Source of the DNA: Octopus bimaculoides
Taxonomy: Eukaryota
Assembly: GCF_001194135.2 (NCBI RefSeq)
Contig: NC_068987.1
Location: 107,161,357 to 107,225,356 of the forward strand
DNA length: 64,000 bases
Reading direction: 5' to 3'
The translations under genes and the position numbers were made by a program. Below, one piece after another: positions 26,335 to 41,150 of this stretch. Every line of letters starts with the position of its first letter. The stretch's first letter is position 1. The notes under the pieces were generated by a model, which was not told the DNA's origin, made no database searches, and worked only from the letters and a program-made list of their open reading frames with translations.

Positions 26335-26645
26335 TCAGAGAAATGGTGTGTTCAAATTGTGGCACAAAGCCAACTAATTTAAGGGACGGCTTAATTGATT
26401 ACATTGACGCTAGACCCCAGATGGTACTTATTTCATCAAACCCCGATGTGTTGGACTAAGTGCATTGTCCGAATGGGAAAACTTTTGGTTCAATATATAT
26501 TAAAAATGATTAGGTTCATGCCAGAAATATGTCTAGAAATCTTTCCAAAGATGACCGTCTTTAAATATAAAGTAACGTTGGGCAAAATACCACGAGAAAT
26601 TTCGTCGGAAGTGCTAACAATTTTGCTAGTTCGTCGCTTTGATAC
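26335..26645 (-). mobile_element. SINE family B, degenerate, with an internal insertion
   Basis: Minus strand GCGACGAACTAGCAAAATTGTTAGCAC (head) and AATAAGTACCA..GTGCCACAATTTGAA (tail). Confidence 0.6.
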
Positions 26646-27638
26646 TGAAAATCTAATGTCGAATAATGCATAAGGAAGGAATAATGCATAAGGAATAATG
26701 CATATGTTATAAGTTAACATAGAATTTGAAAGTGATTTAACAGTTACATTAGTTATGTTATTGTTAATTGTGTCCATACCAGCTCCTCAGAGAAACTATG
26801 ACGAAATATGTTTTAGCTATGCCAATGCTCTGTGATTTAATGTTGTTGTCCATTTGAATTTCTACGGTCTGCTTTGTACGCCGCTCAATCGTTATTTCTT
26901 GCAAGTCGAACCTTATCATTGGAGCTCTGTAGCTTCTTCTATGACTACCGTAGAACAAACATGATGGAAGAACGGGTAGAGCAAGCAGGATCCAGCAAAA
27001 TTATATATTGATGTTAAAACAAAAATGTAGACAGTATTTGGCAAGAATACAAAATGAATAGGCAGCTAGAGCTACAATATATTTTGTTTTTCCTACTTCG
27101 TAATTGTTTCAGACTACGTTATACAATGCGTTATTTTTAAAGAGAGTAACATATGATTTGAGGGAGTTTGACTGCAATTTCTAACAGGTTTAGTGACCAG
27201 GTACAATAGGTTTTGTATGCCTCCATCGATCGCTTCGAAAAATAGCTGCTTCCAGAATAATGAATTATAAAAAAAAGCGCAAAAAATTCAAATCTGCATT
27301 TCGCGACTGAAGCATGATTTTCGTAGAACACCAACAGATACAGCAGCAGCAGCAGTAGTAGCAACAGCATAATCACAATCATCAACACAACAACATAGTA
27401 ATTAGGGAACATTCGATTAATTAACAAACGTAATAGGTATAAGGAAGATAATTGAGACTATTCAGTTATTTATATTGTGTCTGCCTCAGTCTGCTGTGTT
27501 AAATATCAAGAACATGAAACTGGAGAGCTTTCAGAGAGGTTCTATGGTGCAATATTTAGTACTTTCAATTGAACGATCCGAGTGCGAGTCTCGATAGAAC
27601 CTATGTCCCTAGTTCTGATTTTTTTATTTATTTTTTAG

Positions 27639-28020
27639 AGGTGCAGGCGTGGTTTTCTAGTAAGCAGCTTGCTTCCCTACCACATGCTCCAGGGTTCAGT
27701 CTCACTGTATGGCAACTTAGGCATGTGCCTTCTACTATTACCTTGGGCTGACTAAAAATTGTGCGTGGATTCGGTGGATGGAAACAGAAGGAATCCAGTC
27801 GGATATATATCTTTGCGTCTGTGTTTGTCCTCTCATCACCACGTGATAACCGGGGTTGTTGTGATTACGATTCCATAATTTTGGTGGCGTGGAAATAGAG
27901 ACCGATAGAATAAGTACTATGCTAAATCACTAAGTCCTGGGATTGATATATTCAACTAAAACCTTTGAAGGTGGTGCTCCATCATAGCTACAGTTAAATA
28001 AGTAAAACAAGTAACATAAT
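27639..28020 (+). mobile_element. SINE family A
   Basis: GAGGTGCAGGCGTGG..GCTTGCTTCC..GGGTTCAGTCTCACTG..GACCGATAGAATAAGTACTA..AAGGTGGTGCTCCA. Confidence 0.85.
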
Positions 28021-30820
28021 AAAAAAATATATATGTATGTGTGTGTGTGTCCCTATATATANNNNNNNNNNNNNNNNNNNNNNNNNNNNNNNNNNNNNNN
28101 NNNNNNNNNNNNNNNNNNNNNNNNNNNNNNNNNNNNNNNNNNNNNNNNNNNNNNNNNNNNNNNNNNNNNNNNNNNNNNNNNNNNNNNNNNNNNNNNNNNN
28201 NNNNNNNNNNNNNNNNNNNNNNNNNNNNNNNNNNNNNNNNNNNNNNNNNNNNNNNNNNNNNNNNNNNNNNNNNNNNNNNNNNNNNNNNNNNNNNNNNNNN
28301 NNNNNNNNNNNNNNNNNNNNNNNNNNNNNNNNNNNNNNNNNNNNNNNNNNNNNNNNNNNNNNNNNNNNNNNNNNNNNNNNNNNNNNNNNNNNNNNNNNNN
28401 NNNNNNNNNNNNNNNNNNNNNNNNNNNNNNNNNNNNNNNNNNNNNNNNNNNNNNNNNNNNNNNNNNNNNNNNNNNNNNNNNNNNNNNNNNNNNNNNNNNN
28501 NNNNNNNNNNNNNNNNNNNNNNNNNNNNNNNNNNNNNNNNNNNNNNNNNNNNNNNNNNNNNNNNNNNNNNNNNNNNNNNNNNNNNNNNNNNNNNNNNNNN
28601 NNNNNNNNNNNNNNNNNNNNNNNNNNNNNNNNNNNNNNNNNNNNNNNNNNNNNNNNNNNNNNNNNNNNNNNNNNNNNNNNNNNNNNNNNNNNNNNNNNNN
28701 NNNNNNNNNNNNNNNNNNNNNNNNNNNNNNNNNNNNNNNNNNNNNNNNNNNNNNNNNNNNNNNNNNNNNNNNNNNNNNNNNNNNNNNNNNNNNNNNNNNN
28801 NNNNNNNNNNNNNNNNNNNNNNNNNTATATATATATATATATATATTTCTGTTCTTGTAAACAACGATGAGAACATCCGATTCATATAAATGCAAGACGA
28901 AACGTTATGTTTTTGCCATTTTTACTTTTTCTTGAGGGGTTTGATAAACAAACGAAAGTGCTAATAAAGAATTATCCAAAATTCTGACTGCCTCTTTTTC
29001 ACAATATACAATGTCTATACACCACTTTAAACACTTTATATATATATATGTGTGAGTATGGTTGTGTGTGTGCGTGTGTTTGTCAAAGGAATAGACTATT
29101 ATCTTTTGAACTTTATTAGTTCTTTCTGCTATAAGATGCAGTGGACTCATTATTGAATACGAGAGTAGCACCTATTAGCATGATCGGAACATGCACCTAT
29201 CTATCTATCTATCTATCTATCTTTCTATCTATCTATCTATCTATCTGTATGCATGTATGTAGATATGGGGCGTTTGTGTAGGGACGTGTATGCGGCGTGT
29301 ATGTATGTATGGGTGTGTGTGTGTGTCTGTTTGTCTGTGTGTGCTTGTAAAGATTATATTGTACACTTGTGATGTAAATACAGTGAATTTGCGTGAAAGT
29401 ATTATAAGTTAAGGCATTATTATATCACATTGATAATGTTAAAATGAAAACGTCACGTTGATAGTACACTGGGATTTTTTTACGTATGGAATAACGTTAG
29501 CCACACAACAAATCGTTTGACTCACTAGATATAACAGCAGAATATCCTTAAGTTTACATCCTATGGTAAACAGAAATGTAGAAAACGAATATGAGATTAA
29601 CTTAACTGTTCAATAGCGGGGATGATATTATCGACTAAAACCCTTGAAAATGGTGCCCTAGCTTTGCCAAACACCGTCCAATGACTGAAATCGCTAAAAG
29701 AAAACACGACAAAAAATATAGAAAAAGAATATAATGAAAATAACAATGAAAACTAAAGCAAATATTAATGTAGAAGGAACAATTGTTATACGGTTCATAT
29801 TGCAATCCTAGTGAAATGAAATGAAGTGAAGTGTTTCTCTTGTAACACTGCAAAAACGGTCAATGTTTGCGTAGGTGGTGAAGGAGGCCGTAGAGAGGGA
29901 AGTTTAAGAATAACAAACAAGTGCACGACACCCGAGACGTCGAGGTTAGTTTATTGTTTCTCTGGCTTGTTGTTGAAATGTTGTTGGATAGAGAGGGAAA
30001 CAAATCTGAATAGAGAAGTGCGTGGGGGAAACGAAGAGCCGGAAATTGGACTGGACAAATGATGTAGAGACTTATAGATGAATACACTATTAAACTTAAG
30101 CAAGCGCAAATATATGTGTGTGAACTCACTCACACGTGAGATAAAGACACGCATTTGCCATTTTATATATGTGTGTGTATACACACACACATACATACAT
30201 GCATACATACATACATATACATACATATACATACATACATATATACATACATACATACATACACAGAGCACAAAAGCAGACACAGATTCTCAAACACATA
30301 TAAGCATGCAAGCACATTGAGACAAAACACTTGTATCTACACATAGACATGCACTGATTCATACATAGACATACGCCATTTAATGGACGTGGTGGAATTG
30401 TGTATAGTGACAAATATATGTAGACGCACACATTGGCTAAATGTAATGATTATACACCAAACGTGTACTAAGTTATTCACACTCATATACTCAAGCACAT
30501 ACGCAAGCACATATATGAACGTTATAGTGAGCACATACACACGAGTAATGAGATCGGTATGTGTGGGCATTGTGTGTATGTTTGTGTATGTAAGTTTATG
30601 TGCATGTGTGTGTGTGTGTTTGTGTGTGAACAAAACCACACTTACTGGAATAAACAGTCTTTAGAGTCAAGAAGTATATGATTAATTACATACATACATA
30701 TGTATATATATATATATATGTCTATATCATTAATTACACACAAATACACACACAAAAACACACAAATGCACACACACCACACGAACAAACACACATAAAC
30801 ACACACACACACACACGCAC

Positions 30821-30903
<83 letters not shown>

Positions 30904-31634
30904 CGCGGGCATACAGATGCTACGAGGTACTGAATCGTACAAATATATATATATATGCATACTTACTACACACACCTACATACCTACATACATACATACA
31001 CACATACACACATACATACTCACACACAGACAAACAAATGATCACAGATTCACAAAACATAATTTTGCAAACACTTCGTAAACGTTAGAGTCGGATACAT
31101 TTAACTCTGCAAGTTCAAATTATGAAAAAAATTCTTGCTTAGTTTTGTTATTAGCATTATTGCATTTGGCCCTCTACTATTTCTTTGTTTGCTGCAGAGA
31201 AGTAGCCACAGCGCAGTAACCAGTAACATAACCTGTTAAAGGTGTATATATGGCAATGCAGTATTTCACACACGCGTTCAATATCCGTGCGATGACCAGT
31301 AACTACCATACATTAGTCTCGAATCGATACATTCTTTTGTGAAGATAAGCTAGAATACTCTCTTTGCCTGGTACATAGTGCGAGGTGTGTTGAGCGCATT
31401 GGGATGTTTTGAGGACATATTTCTGGGATGGACCTAATGATTGTTAATATATATTAAAGCTTTATTAAAGCTCATTATTGATGCTTTACAATCCGTTCCA
31501 TACCTTTATTGAATATCACATACTTGACGTATGTGTGTTATCAAGATCACATACTTGAGGCAACTGTGTTCTTTAAACACCACATACTGCGTGTTTTTGT
31601 TCCGGAAAGATTCGTTTAAAGTAGTATACTCCTA

Positions 31635-31861
31635 CTCTTTACTCTTTTATTTGTTTCAGTCATTTGACTGCGGCCATGCTGAAGCAACTCATTTATTCGA
31701 GCAAATCAACCCCAGGACTTATTCTTTGGAAGCCTAGTATTTATTTTATCTGTCTCTTATGCCGAACCGTTAAGTTACGGAGACGCAAACACACCACCAT
31801 GCTGGTGGGACAAACACAGATACACATACATATATGGCGATGTTGGGGGGGACAAACAAAG

Positions 31862-31946
<85 letters not shown>

Positions 31947-32140
31947 TATATATATTTATATATATACACATATATACGATGGGCTTCTTTCAGTTTCCGT
32001 CTACCAAATCCACTCATACGTCTTTGGTTGGCCCGAGGCTATAGTAGAAGACACTTTCCCAAGGTGCCACGCAGTAGGACTGAACCCGGAACCATGTGGT
32101 TGGTAAGCAAGCTACTTACCACAAAGCCACTCCTGCGCCT
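31635..32140 (-). mobile_element. SINE family A, best-preserved full-length copy, with internal (CA)/(TA) microsatellite
   Basis: Minus-strand head AGGCGCAGGAGTGGCTTTGTGG (A box) and GGGTTCAGTCC (B box); complete body; A-rich GAGTAAA-type tail. Confidence 0.92.
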
Positions 32141-33876
32141 ATATTGTTAAAAAGCACAGTATTCTGGAGGAAATGATAAAGAGATCGTGAAGTACAGTAT
32201 TTCTCTTTTTTTGCAACTTATCAATACTGTGCATTCGCCTCACTTCCCAAACTAAATGGAAATCTATAGTCCGAAGTGTATACTGAAAGTGCCGAAATTT
32301 TGTTGATTATTTGTATTTGTGTCACATATATAGAATAAACTAAAATTATGGAATAGAAATATCTCTGTAATCTAAGCCGGTCTTAGCGTTTAAACAACAT
32401 ACGTACATGAAATATGTGATATTAGTAATGTTTAAATTATAGCTACTTCCACTGAATAATGTCAAAACATTCATATCTTTTCTCAACGGTAAGCATTTTG
32501 AAGGGTAAGCTATAGGTCGACTGTATGCACCTCATTACAAAATTAGTACTTTATTTTATCAACTTTCAAGAAAACAAAATGCAACGTCTACTTCTGCGGG
32601 GATTTCATTCCAGACACAAGAAAATGATAAAAGGCATCTTATCCAACAGGCTATATATTCTTTTATTTTTCTCCTCAATGTTAAGATGGGCTTGTCTCCA
32701 TTTGATTGAAGTTTGCGAATGAGCTGTAGAAAGATAATGTCCAGGGGCTTCAATTTCGCTGATGATTTAATACGTTTACTCAATAATATAGTTAAAAATC
32801 CGAATACCGACTTGAATCTATCAATTAAACCCTATAAATCTATTCCTAATCTTCGATGTTCACAGATTGCATATTTAGACAACAGCCTTCCACTTTTCAA
32901 TAATTCAAGCACTCTTGCACCCCATCCTGGGGTCGATTTGCTCGACTACAGATATTGCAACATATTTTCCAAACTTCTATCGAGACACTGCACTCTATGG
33001 TGATGAATCTGGTACACGGTATCATATACGAGACCAATTGCGTAGTGTAGCATCTTCGTCTTAGCTCTATGACTTACGGTAAATATTGTGACTTCAAGTA
33101 ATAATAACTTCACATTACATTACATATCCTTAAGTTAAATCTTATAGCTATAACTTTTTGTATCCCGTGACCTCATGCAACCGTATGTAAAAATCCCGTT
33201 TTCTGATATGAAGTTTATTTACTTAACATCTCCACCTGTACTGCATGTTGGCATGGGATCTCGGCATCATATATCCTTACTAATTGTTGCCTTGAAAATC
33301 TTGTCCTGTATCATAATCATTAAACAAATATTTAATAGTTAATTATGCAACTAACAACAGTTACACCTCAAGAAACTGTACGCGATGGGCTGGGTATATC
33401 CTGTTTGGACAGCTGATCTGATCGTAAGCAAATGAAGCCGTATTGAACATAATTATCTAAAAAGAACATATTTACAGTGTTTTTGCTATATTCACTCGAT
33501 AAAATGCGTAAACTATGTCGTATTTTCACCACAATCCAGACACTGCAAATCTCTCTTTCTTGTTCGATTGTCAGTGGAATCCCCTTTTTCTTCGTAGGAA
33601 CGGTAACGCAATAGACTCAGTTACATGTAACCGATGTGTACTCGTAAAGAGGTCAGAGTAATTCATGACACAATACTTTTGACTAATTCATAAAATCCTT
33701 CAGCCATTTTTATTCATTCACATTATTTTAATATTTAACATAGGTGACTGTCTGAAGTTCAACTGGCCGACCGACATGTTCTACTTCAGGTGAACTTAAA
33801 AAGAACGCATGATCGTGGTAGTGGTTTCAATATCAGCTTTTCGACTGTACCCGTCTTCCTTTTTTTTTTTTTTCAG

Positions 33877-33895
33877 ATCCTCAAGTTTACTTTGT
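33877..33895 (+). other. Candidate 19-nt micro-exon (unverified)
   Basis: Long T tract plus cag acceptor, and GT|gtgagt donor. A second exon-like segment, 33744-33789 (tag..CAG|gtgaac), lies 87 nt upstream. Confidence 0.2.
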
Positions 33896-34471
33896 GTGAG
33901 TCTTTACGAAAACTAAATGTAGCACAGTATATTTAATTAAATATTCACGAGACTTTAAGACCTTGTTTGGATAATCCCGAATTTCGAGTAATTACTATTT
34001 GGATAAACAAGGTATAGCTAATTTAAATAAATATTTAATCAGCTGTTATTTATAAACTCAATATATCTACTTAACTATTTAATTATTTATTTATCTGATT
34101 AGTTAGTTAATAATCTATTGCATCAACTTTAAAATCTGGTTTTTAATTACCCTACATTTTCATAATTTTCATTCAGCATTCAACACGTGTATCCATTGAT
34201 AGTGCATATTCCTGCTCTAATTGCATTACTGAACTAATGTATATCACTTCGTTGTATTTTTATTATTCTCATTCAATTTATCATCTTTAACATAATGTTT
34301 TTTCTCATCTATTTATTTAATTTAATACTCAATTCCAATTATCTCCCTTTAAATATAATCTGGGAATCGTTTCTCTCCATAAAATACTTATAAGGTTTCC
34401 TGAGTGAATGACTACATATTTCACGTGTTAATGAGAAAGCACATTTAGTTAATGAGAGCTGATTGTATAAT

Positions 34472-34640
34472 GACGCAGGCATGGGCGTGTTGTATGAAGT
34501 TTACTTTACAACCGCACGATTCTAGGTTCAATTATATGCGTGGAACCTTGGACAAATGTCTTCTACAACAGCCCGAGGCTGACCAAATACCTGTGAATAG
34601 ATTTCGTAGAAGGAGACTGAAAAATATTCCTCAAATATAT
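34472..34640 (+). mobile_element. SINE family A, degenerate 5' part
   Basis: AGGTTCAATTATATGCGTGGAACCTTGGACAAATGTCTTCTAC matches the family A body. Confidence 0.7.
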
Positions 34641-35936
34641 TCTTACGTTTGTTTGTGCTTGTGCATGTGAGTGCGTGAGTGTCTGTGTATGTGATTTCGT
34701 GTGTTTATGTACAATACATACATATATACATACACACACACATATATATACATATATATATTCTTTTATTTAGTTTAATTGTTTCATTCTTTTTGACTGC
34801 AACCGAAAATATGGAAGTTGAGTGCTTTTGATGAATCTAGCATCGATCACAAATGATTGGTGAAACCTTGAATTCCACAACGCAGAGTCTGAGTGACGAG
34901 CTGCATATAATGAAAGAAAGGGCGATAGTAATGGCTGTTGATGTCAGCAATCTCAGGCTGTAATTCCTCAGATACTCCAGTTGATAAGATCAATAATGTC
35001 TCAAGATATTTTAGTCATTGCACCATGTTTATTGACTTAGCGTTACCAGTAATATGCCATTGCACCTGAGTGGTGACGATACCATTGGTAAGGTCTCCGT
35101 TCCTTTACTTAAGTGTTAAACTCAATTGTCATACGAATATATCACTGAAATGTAACAGGAAATGAATTGTTAGAGAGAGACATCTAGATTTATATCACGT
35201 AACTGTTGGCCCCACTACGTTGCGAACGAAGAAATTCATCACCAGAGCAAAACAAAAATGAAATGAAATATGAAATAATGTCGCTTTAAATGTTATGAAC
35301 AGAAACTCTACAACATGCTACCTGGGAGTAAATAAAATACAAATCAATATACACCAGTTACTTCTCAGCAGCTGATTATAAACTATGCAATCAAATTTCG
35401 GAACATTCTATAACTGGAAAAAAAAGAGAGAAACGCAAACATACACCCCATTCTTTAATGCTGAGGATTACAGCATCCATTTATAACTGCTTCTTAGAGT
35501 AGTGTCTTTACAACTTTGCAAGCAATGGTATATGACTCATTACGAAAAATATGATGCTCCAGGTCCGGAAGATCACGATTTATCAGGGGAATGTGCTGGT
35601 GTTTCATTAGAACAATCAGTAAAACTAATAGGTTTGGTATTTAAATTTCAGAGGTTTCAATTTCCTGTCAGATACAGATTTGCCTTCACCGTCTATAAAT
35701 TTCACGGGCAATCAACGAAAGTTATTGAAATGAATCTGGCTTATCCTGCCTTTCCACGTTGACAGCTACTGCAGCATGTGTGAACTCTGACAATCTCTTC
35801 GTTGTAGTACACTGACAGTCTCTTCATTATTAGGCACAGCTAAGAATACTGTTTATCCCAAGACTGGGGAATGGAAAAATGTGAAAGCAATAACGCCGCC
35901 CAACGAATACAGAGTTGCAAAGTCATTAGTCACATG

Positions 35937-36841
35937 CGAGGTGGTATCAAAAGCTTCCCTGACTAGTTTTGTTGCGCACCGCGAGATGGCATCACATGGT
36001 TGCCTGCACAACGAAAGCTTGCAGTGACCTTCATGAAGCAGTGTTCTAAGTAACATCGCTGTGCTTACTTCCCAAGTTGTGAAATGTATATGTTTCTGAT
36101 CACGCGTATGTTGCGATCTGCGATTTTGTCACGGACAGGAAGTTGGAACAAGGAGTTAACGTGAAATTAAGTGTTAAACTTGGGGACTCTGCTACAGCGT
36201 CATTGAGTACGACTCGTAGACGAAGCAGCAGTTGTCACAAGGGAAGAGATCTCCATCTCCATGACCGAAGAGGCCATGACACAGACGTAGCTCAATCAAG
36301 AATGATCATCGTTTTATTCGACATCCGGAGTATTGTGCATCGAGAACTCGCCCCCACCTCCGCGTCAAGACCGTCGACTGAGAGTTCTATCGCGATCTTT
36401 TGAAGCGTTTGAAGAAGGACATTCGGTGAGAGTGACCGGATGTGCGGAGGAGGAAGAATTGGAGTCTTCACGACGACAATCCACCCTGTCATTGAGCACT
36501 CCTCTCTCATGTGTTTCTCGCCAAAAACAATATGGTATCGCTTCTGTACTCGCCCTATTCACCAGATTTAGCATCTGCGGACTTCTATTTTTTCCCCCAA
36601 AATGCAGCTCAAAGGTCGCTGATTTAACACCTCTGTGGAGATCAAGAGCGAGTGGCAGAAGATCCTTGACTCTCTTACGGGAAATGACTTCCAGATTGGA
36701 TTACCAAAGTGGCAGGAACGCAGTTATCGGTGTATCGCTGCGCAATGAGTCTATTTCTAAGACGTTGATGCTAAAACTTGGGTAAATGAGTTATTTTTTA
36801 TTTAAACATAATTAGTCTGGAAACCTTTTGATACTACCTCG
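35937..36841 (+). mobile_element. Internally deleted mariner (D34D) element with both TIRs
   Basis: Left TIR CGAGGTGGTATCAAAAGCTTCCCTGACT; right TIR reverse complement CGAGGTAGTATCAAAAGGTTTCCAGACT followed by TA. Translations EQGVNVKLSVKLG, MIIVLFDIRSIVHREL, LHDDNPP.H, YSPDLASADFYFFP and PKWQER..RCI. Confidence 0.92.
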
Positions 36842-37449
36842 TAGACTGTATGATGCAGCAGAGTCTCCATATCACTGGGTGATGTTCCTTCGATACAGTA
36901 TCCGGCTATAACATTTTAGCTGTATTTGTGTGCAAATGCATACACATATATAAAGACACACACATAAACACACACACACTCATACACACATATACATACG
37001 TACATACATACAGATAGATATACTTGTACACTCATATATATTTATGAGTTTGTTCACCACAAATATCCAGGCTACTCTTCTTAAATACAAATATTCATTT
37101 AAATTTATATATTAATAGCCAATTTTTTTTGTCTTAACTAACGTACACACACACACACACACACACCGAGGAAGAGATAGATAGATAGATAGATAGTTAA
37201 AAGGAAGAAAGAAAGAGAATGAGAGATAGAGACGGGACTTTCACAGAAATAAAGGTGATACATGGCAACTGGCTGTAATGTGGAAAGAGAGAGATCAAGA
37301 GGTATATAAATATGCCAATACAGAAATGTAGATGCATAGAAAGATGATTACTTTCGTTTCTCAGATACAGAAAACATTAAGGTTGGGTAGTGGCATCGCC
37401 TGCCTGAGTTTGAGCCGGTCATGAAATCAATATATTTTATCATTTAATA

Positions 37450-37625
37450 GTATTGCTTTCAAAATTTGCTGCCAGTAATTTCTGGGAAGGGAATCAGTTG
37501 ATTAGATCGCCCCACCTCCTAGTCTTCAACTGGTACTTAATTTATCGACCCCAAAATGATGGAAGACAAAGTCGTGAAGGCGGACGAAATGATGCTAAAC
37601 CCGGCGTGCTAACGTTTGTGGAAGT
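37450..37625 (-). mobile_element. SINE family B
   Basis: TTTCAAAATTTGCTGCCAG..ACTGGTACTTAATTTATCGACCCCAAAATGATGGAAG. Confidence 0.7.
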
Positions 37626-37937
37626 TTGCCACTTTATCATTTAATTATGTTACATTTTATTTATTAACCAGCATACACATACATGCAAACATACACACGC
37701 ACACATACACACACGCACACATACACACGCACACAAACGATGCACACACACAAACACACACATATACACGCAAACAGGAAAGTGTTCAATACATGTGGTA
37801 GATTTATGATTTCTGAAAGTGGATTTTTAATCTTAAGTTTTACGCCATGACACTCTTGTTCTCTGTTTCTATCTCTTTCTCTTTCTCACTCAGTCTTTCT
37901 TTTTCCCGCTCACTCTCCTTCCCACTTTGTCAGTCTG

Positions 37938-38020
<83 letters not shown>

Positions 38021-39084
38021 TTGTGTCATGCATATACACACGCATCAGATTTCTGCACAGATCACATGTACTAAATTCCCCACTTATGTAATCAGTCCAC
38101 TTAAAAACATTGAAACCGACGAGCACTTGCTCCAAATAATGCGAAGTGAGTGGTGGAATCTATAAGACTGTGATTTCAAAGTCAGCGCCTTAACCGCACT
38201 AACTAGGCCTAGTAAAACACACAGCATGCGTGCTTTTGTTTCTTTATAATTGAAAGATAGTATGTACACCTTTGAATAAAAAGAAAATGTAAAAACAAAC
38301 AAAATGCAAAAGCAAAAAAGGCTTAGCTATGACAAAATAATGAGGTTTGATTTAAGCTTATCTTTTACATGTGGTGCCGATTTCTTAATGATAATGCACT
38401 GGAGTTCTTAAGAAACATTTGCCATTTTATGCGCTATCCCCCGCCATTAAATTTTCAATTGTCTTCTGCCTATAATATTTGTTTCGTACTTAAAACGTCA
38501 CACATTTCCACTAAAATCATATATTTATAATATAGCTTCATACTTGAGGAAATGAAACGTCTAAAGCGTAATGTTATTTTATTTTATTTTTTCATTTTAC
38601 TTTCACTTGCTTATTTATAGATTTTTCTATTATATTATCGCTCTCAGTATTTCTTTTTCCAGCGAGTTTCTTATTCTTCTCAATACTATCTCTCTTTGAT
38701 TTTGTCATTCTTTAGTTTTTAATTTAATTTTTGTTTATATACTGCTTTGCATTTTTACTTTTGCCTTTTATTACTTCCTTTTTGTCATTTTCGTTGTTTC
38801 CTTTGCCTTCCTTCAATCTACTCGTTTATCTTTATTTAGAATCGTTTCCTTTAGATTCTAGCATCTATATACTTATTCTATCCGCTAAACGTGCAGAGAA
38901 TTTAATAATACAACATCGTGCATTGCAGCTGCAGCAGCTGCCGTTTCTCTAGATGTAACCACTGCTCTGCTTCCAAATCTTGCGTCTACTATCATACCAA
39001 TACTAAAATATATTTTTGTACACTAGGCCCAAGGCCTCACAATTTAGGGAAGAGAACATCGATTATGTCGTTATCAATTCTACA

Positions 39085-39160
39085 ATCGTACTTATTTTAT
39101 CGACCTCTAGAAGGATGAAAGGCAAAGTCGGCTTCCGTGGAATTAGAACTTAAAACATAA
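39085..39160 (-). mobile_element. SINE family B fragment
   Basis: TACTTATTTTATCGACCTCTAGAAGGATGAAAGGCAAAGTCGGC..GGAATTAGAACT. Confidence 0.7.
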
Positions 39161-39198
39161 AGCCGGAAGAAACTTGTGATAAAGAGATGATGATGATG

Positions 39199-39834
<636 letters not shown>

Positions 39835-39879
39835 ACAACAACAACAACAACAACAGCAACAACAACAACAACAACGATG

Positions 39880-39955
<76 letters not shown>

Positions 39956-40069
39956 TAATAATAATAATAATAGAAGAGTGCCATTGCCATCTAGTGAACC
40001 TGTTGAAGACACGAGATGTCGAAATATCGTTCACTATATGACAATGTCACTCTTCTTTTAATTTTCACT

Positions 40070-41150
40070 CAATATCTTCTGGAGGAAAAAGTTGCAAATT
40101 ATAGGCAGCAAAAAAAACACGAAGAGATCTTGCGATTTTAATACTCAAACAGGGAAAAGACCTCACAGAAAAAGGAATAGACTATATCACAAACTTTAAA
40201 ACCAAAGAATGTCTTTTCTATGGCCTCTCTAAAATCCACAAGAGTCAAATAGTTACAAATGCATACATAAATATCCCAACACTAGAAGACTTAAAATTAA
40301 GGCTTATGAAACACACCGCTTAAGCAACTTACTGGACATACTATTGAAACCTTTCCTTAGATATATTAAAAGTTTCATTAGAGATGATCTGGACATGCTG
40401 GAGCACCTACCAAAAACCACCAACGAAGAAGCACTATTAGTCTCCTTCGATGTCATCAACCTCTAACACCAACATTCCACACGACAACGGAACAGAGGCA
40501 ATAACATTCTGGTTAGAAAAATACCCCGAAGTTCTCCTAGACCGCATAAACTAGACTTTTGTCATTGAATCCCTGAAGTTCATTCCACAAAACAATTACT
40601 TCCTATTCGATGCAACATATCGAGCGGTATTGCGATGGGAACGAAAGCAGCACCTGTCCTTGCGAAACTAATAATAGATTTCTTTGAATCTATCCTATAT
40701 GAACTTTCGCTCCAAAAATTTAGATCCCATTCTAGCAGTATATAAGAAAAAACTGGAAAAGGTACCTAGACGATTGTTATATCATCTGGAATGAAACCTA
40801 TGATGAACTCCTGAGTTTCAAATCCACACTGAACAATATAATCTTCAATATTCGATTTACAAGGGAATATAGCAAGGAACAGCTCCCATTTCTGGACATT
40901 TTGATTATAAAACAACCCAACAAGTAATTTGTAACTAACATCTACTACAAACCAACAGACTCAAAACAGTATGTCTTTTTCACTTCATGCCACCCTAAAC
41001 ACACGAAAATAAATATCCCACTCAACGTATCTAAAAGGATCTGTACAATAGTATAGGACACACCCACTCGGGAACTTCGCTCCCAAGATCTCAAAATAAC
41101 ACTCATTGAACATCAATACCCACCCCCACTGATAGACGATGGAACCGATT
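40070..41150 (+). mobile_element. Penelope-like reverse transcriptase pseudogene
   Basis: FYGLSKIHKS, LLVSFDVINL*TNIPH, GIAMGTKAAP, WKRYLDDCYIIW, QLPFLDILI, IYYKPTDSKQY..SCHPKHTKINIP; frameshifted. Confidence 0.92.

Noticed and set aside
31635-32140. SINE heads as tRNA genes (also 43143, 54147, 55620-55691, 60040-60088)
   Set aside because: A and B boxes are present, but no complete cloverleaf could be folded and each continues into a repeat-family body.
38880-39030. Ala-rich or Cys-rich short frames around GCAGCTGCAGCAGCTGCC
   Set aside because: Several frames on both strands look equally plausible, which is typical of a degenerate triplet repeat; there is no consistent splice pair.
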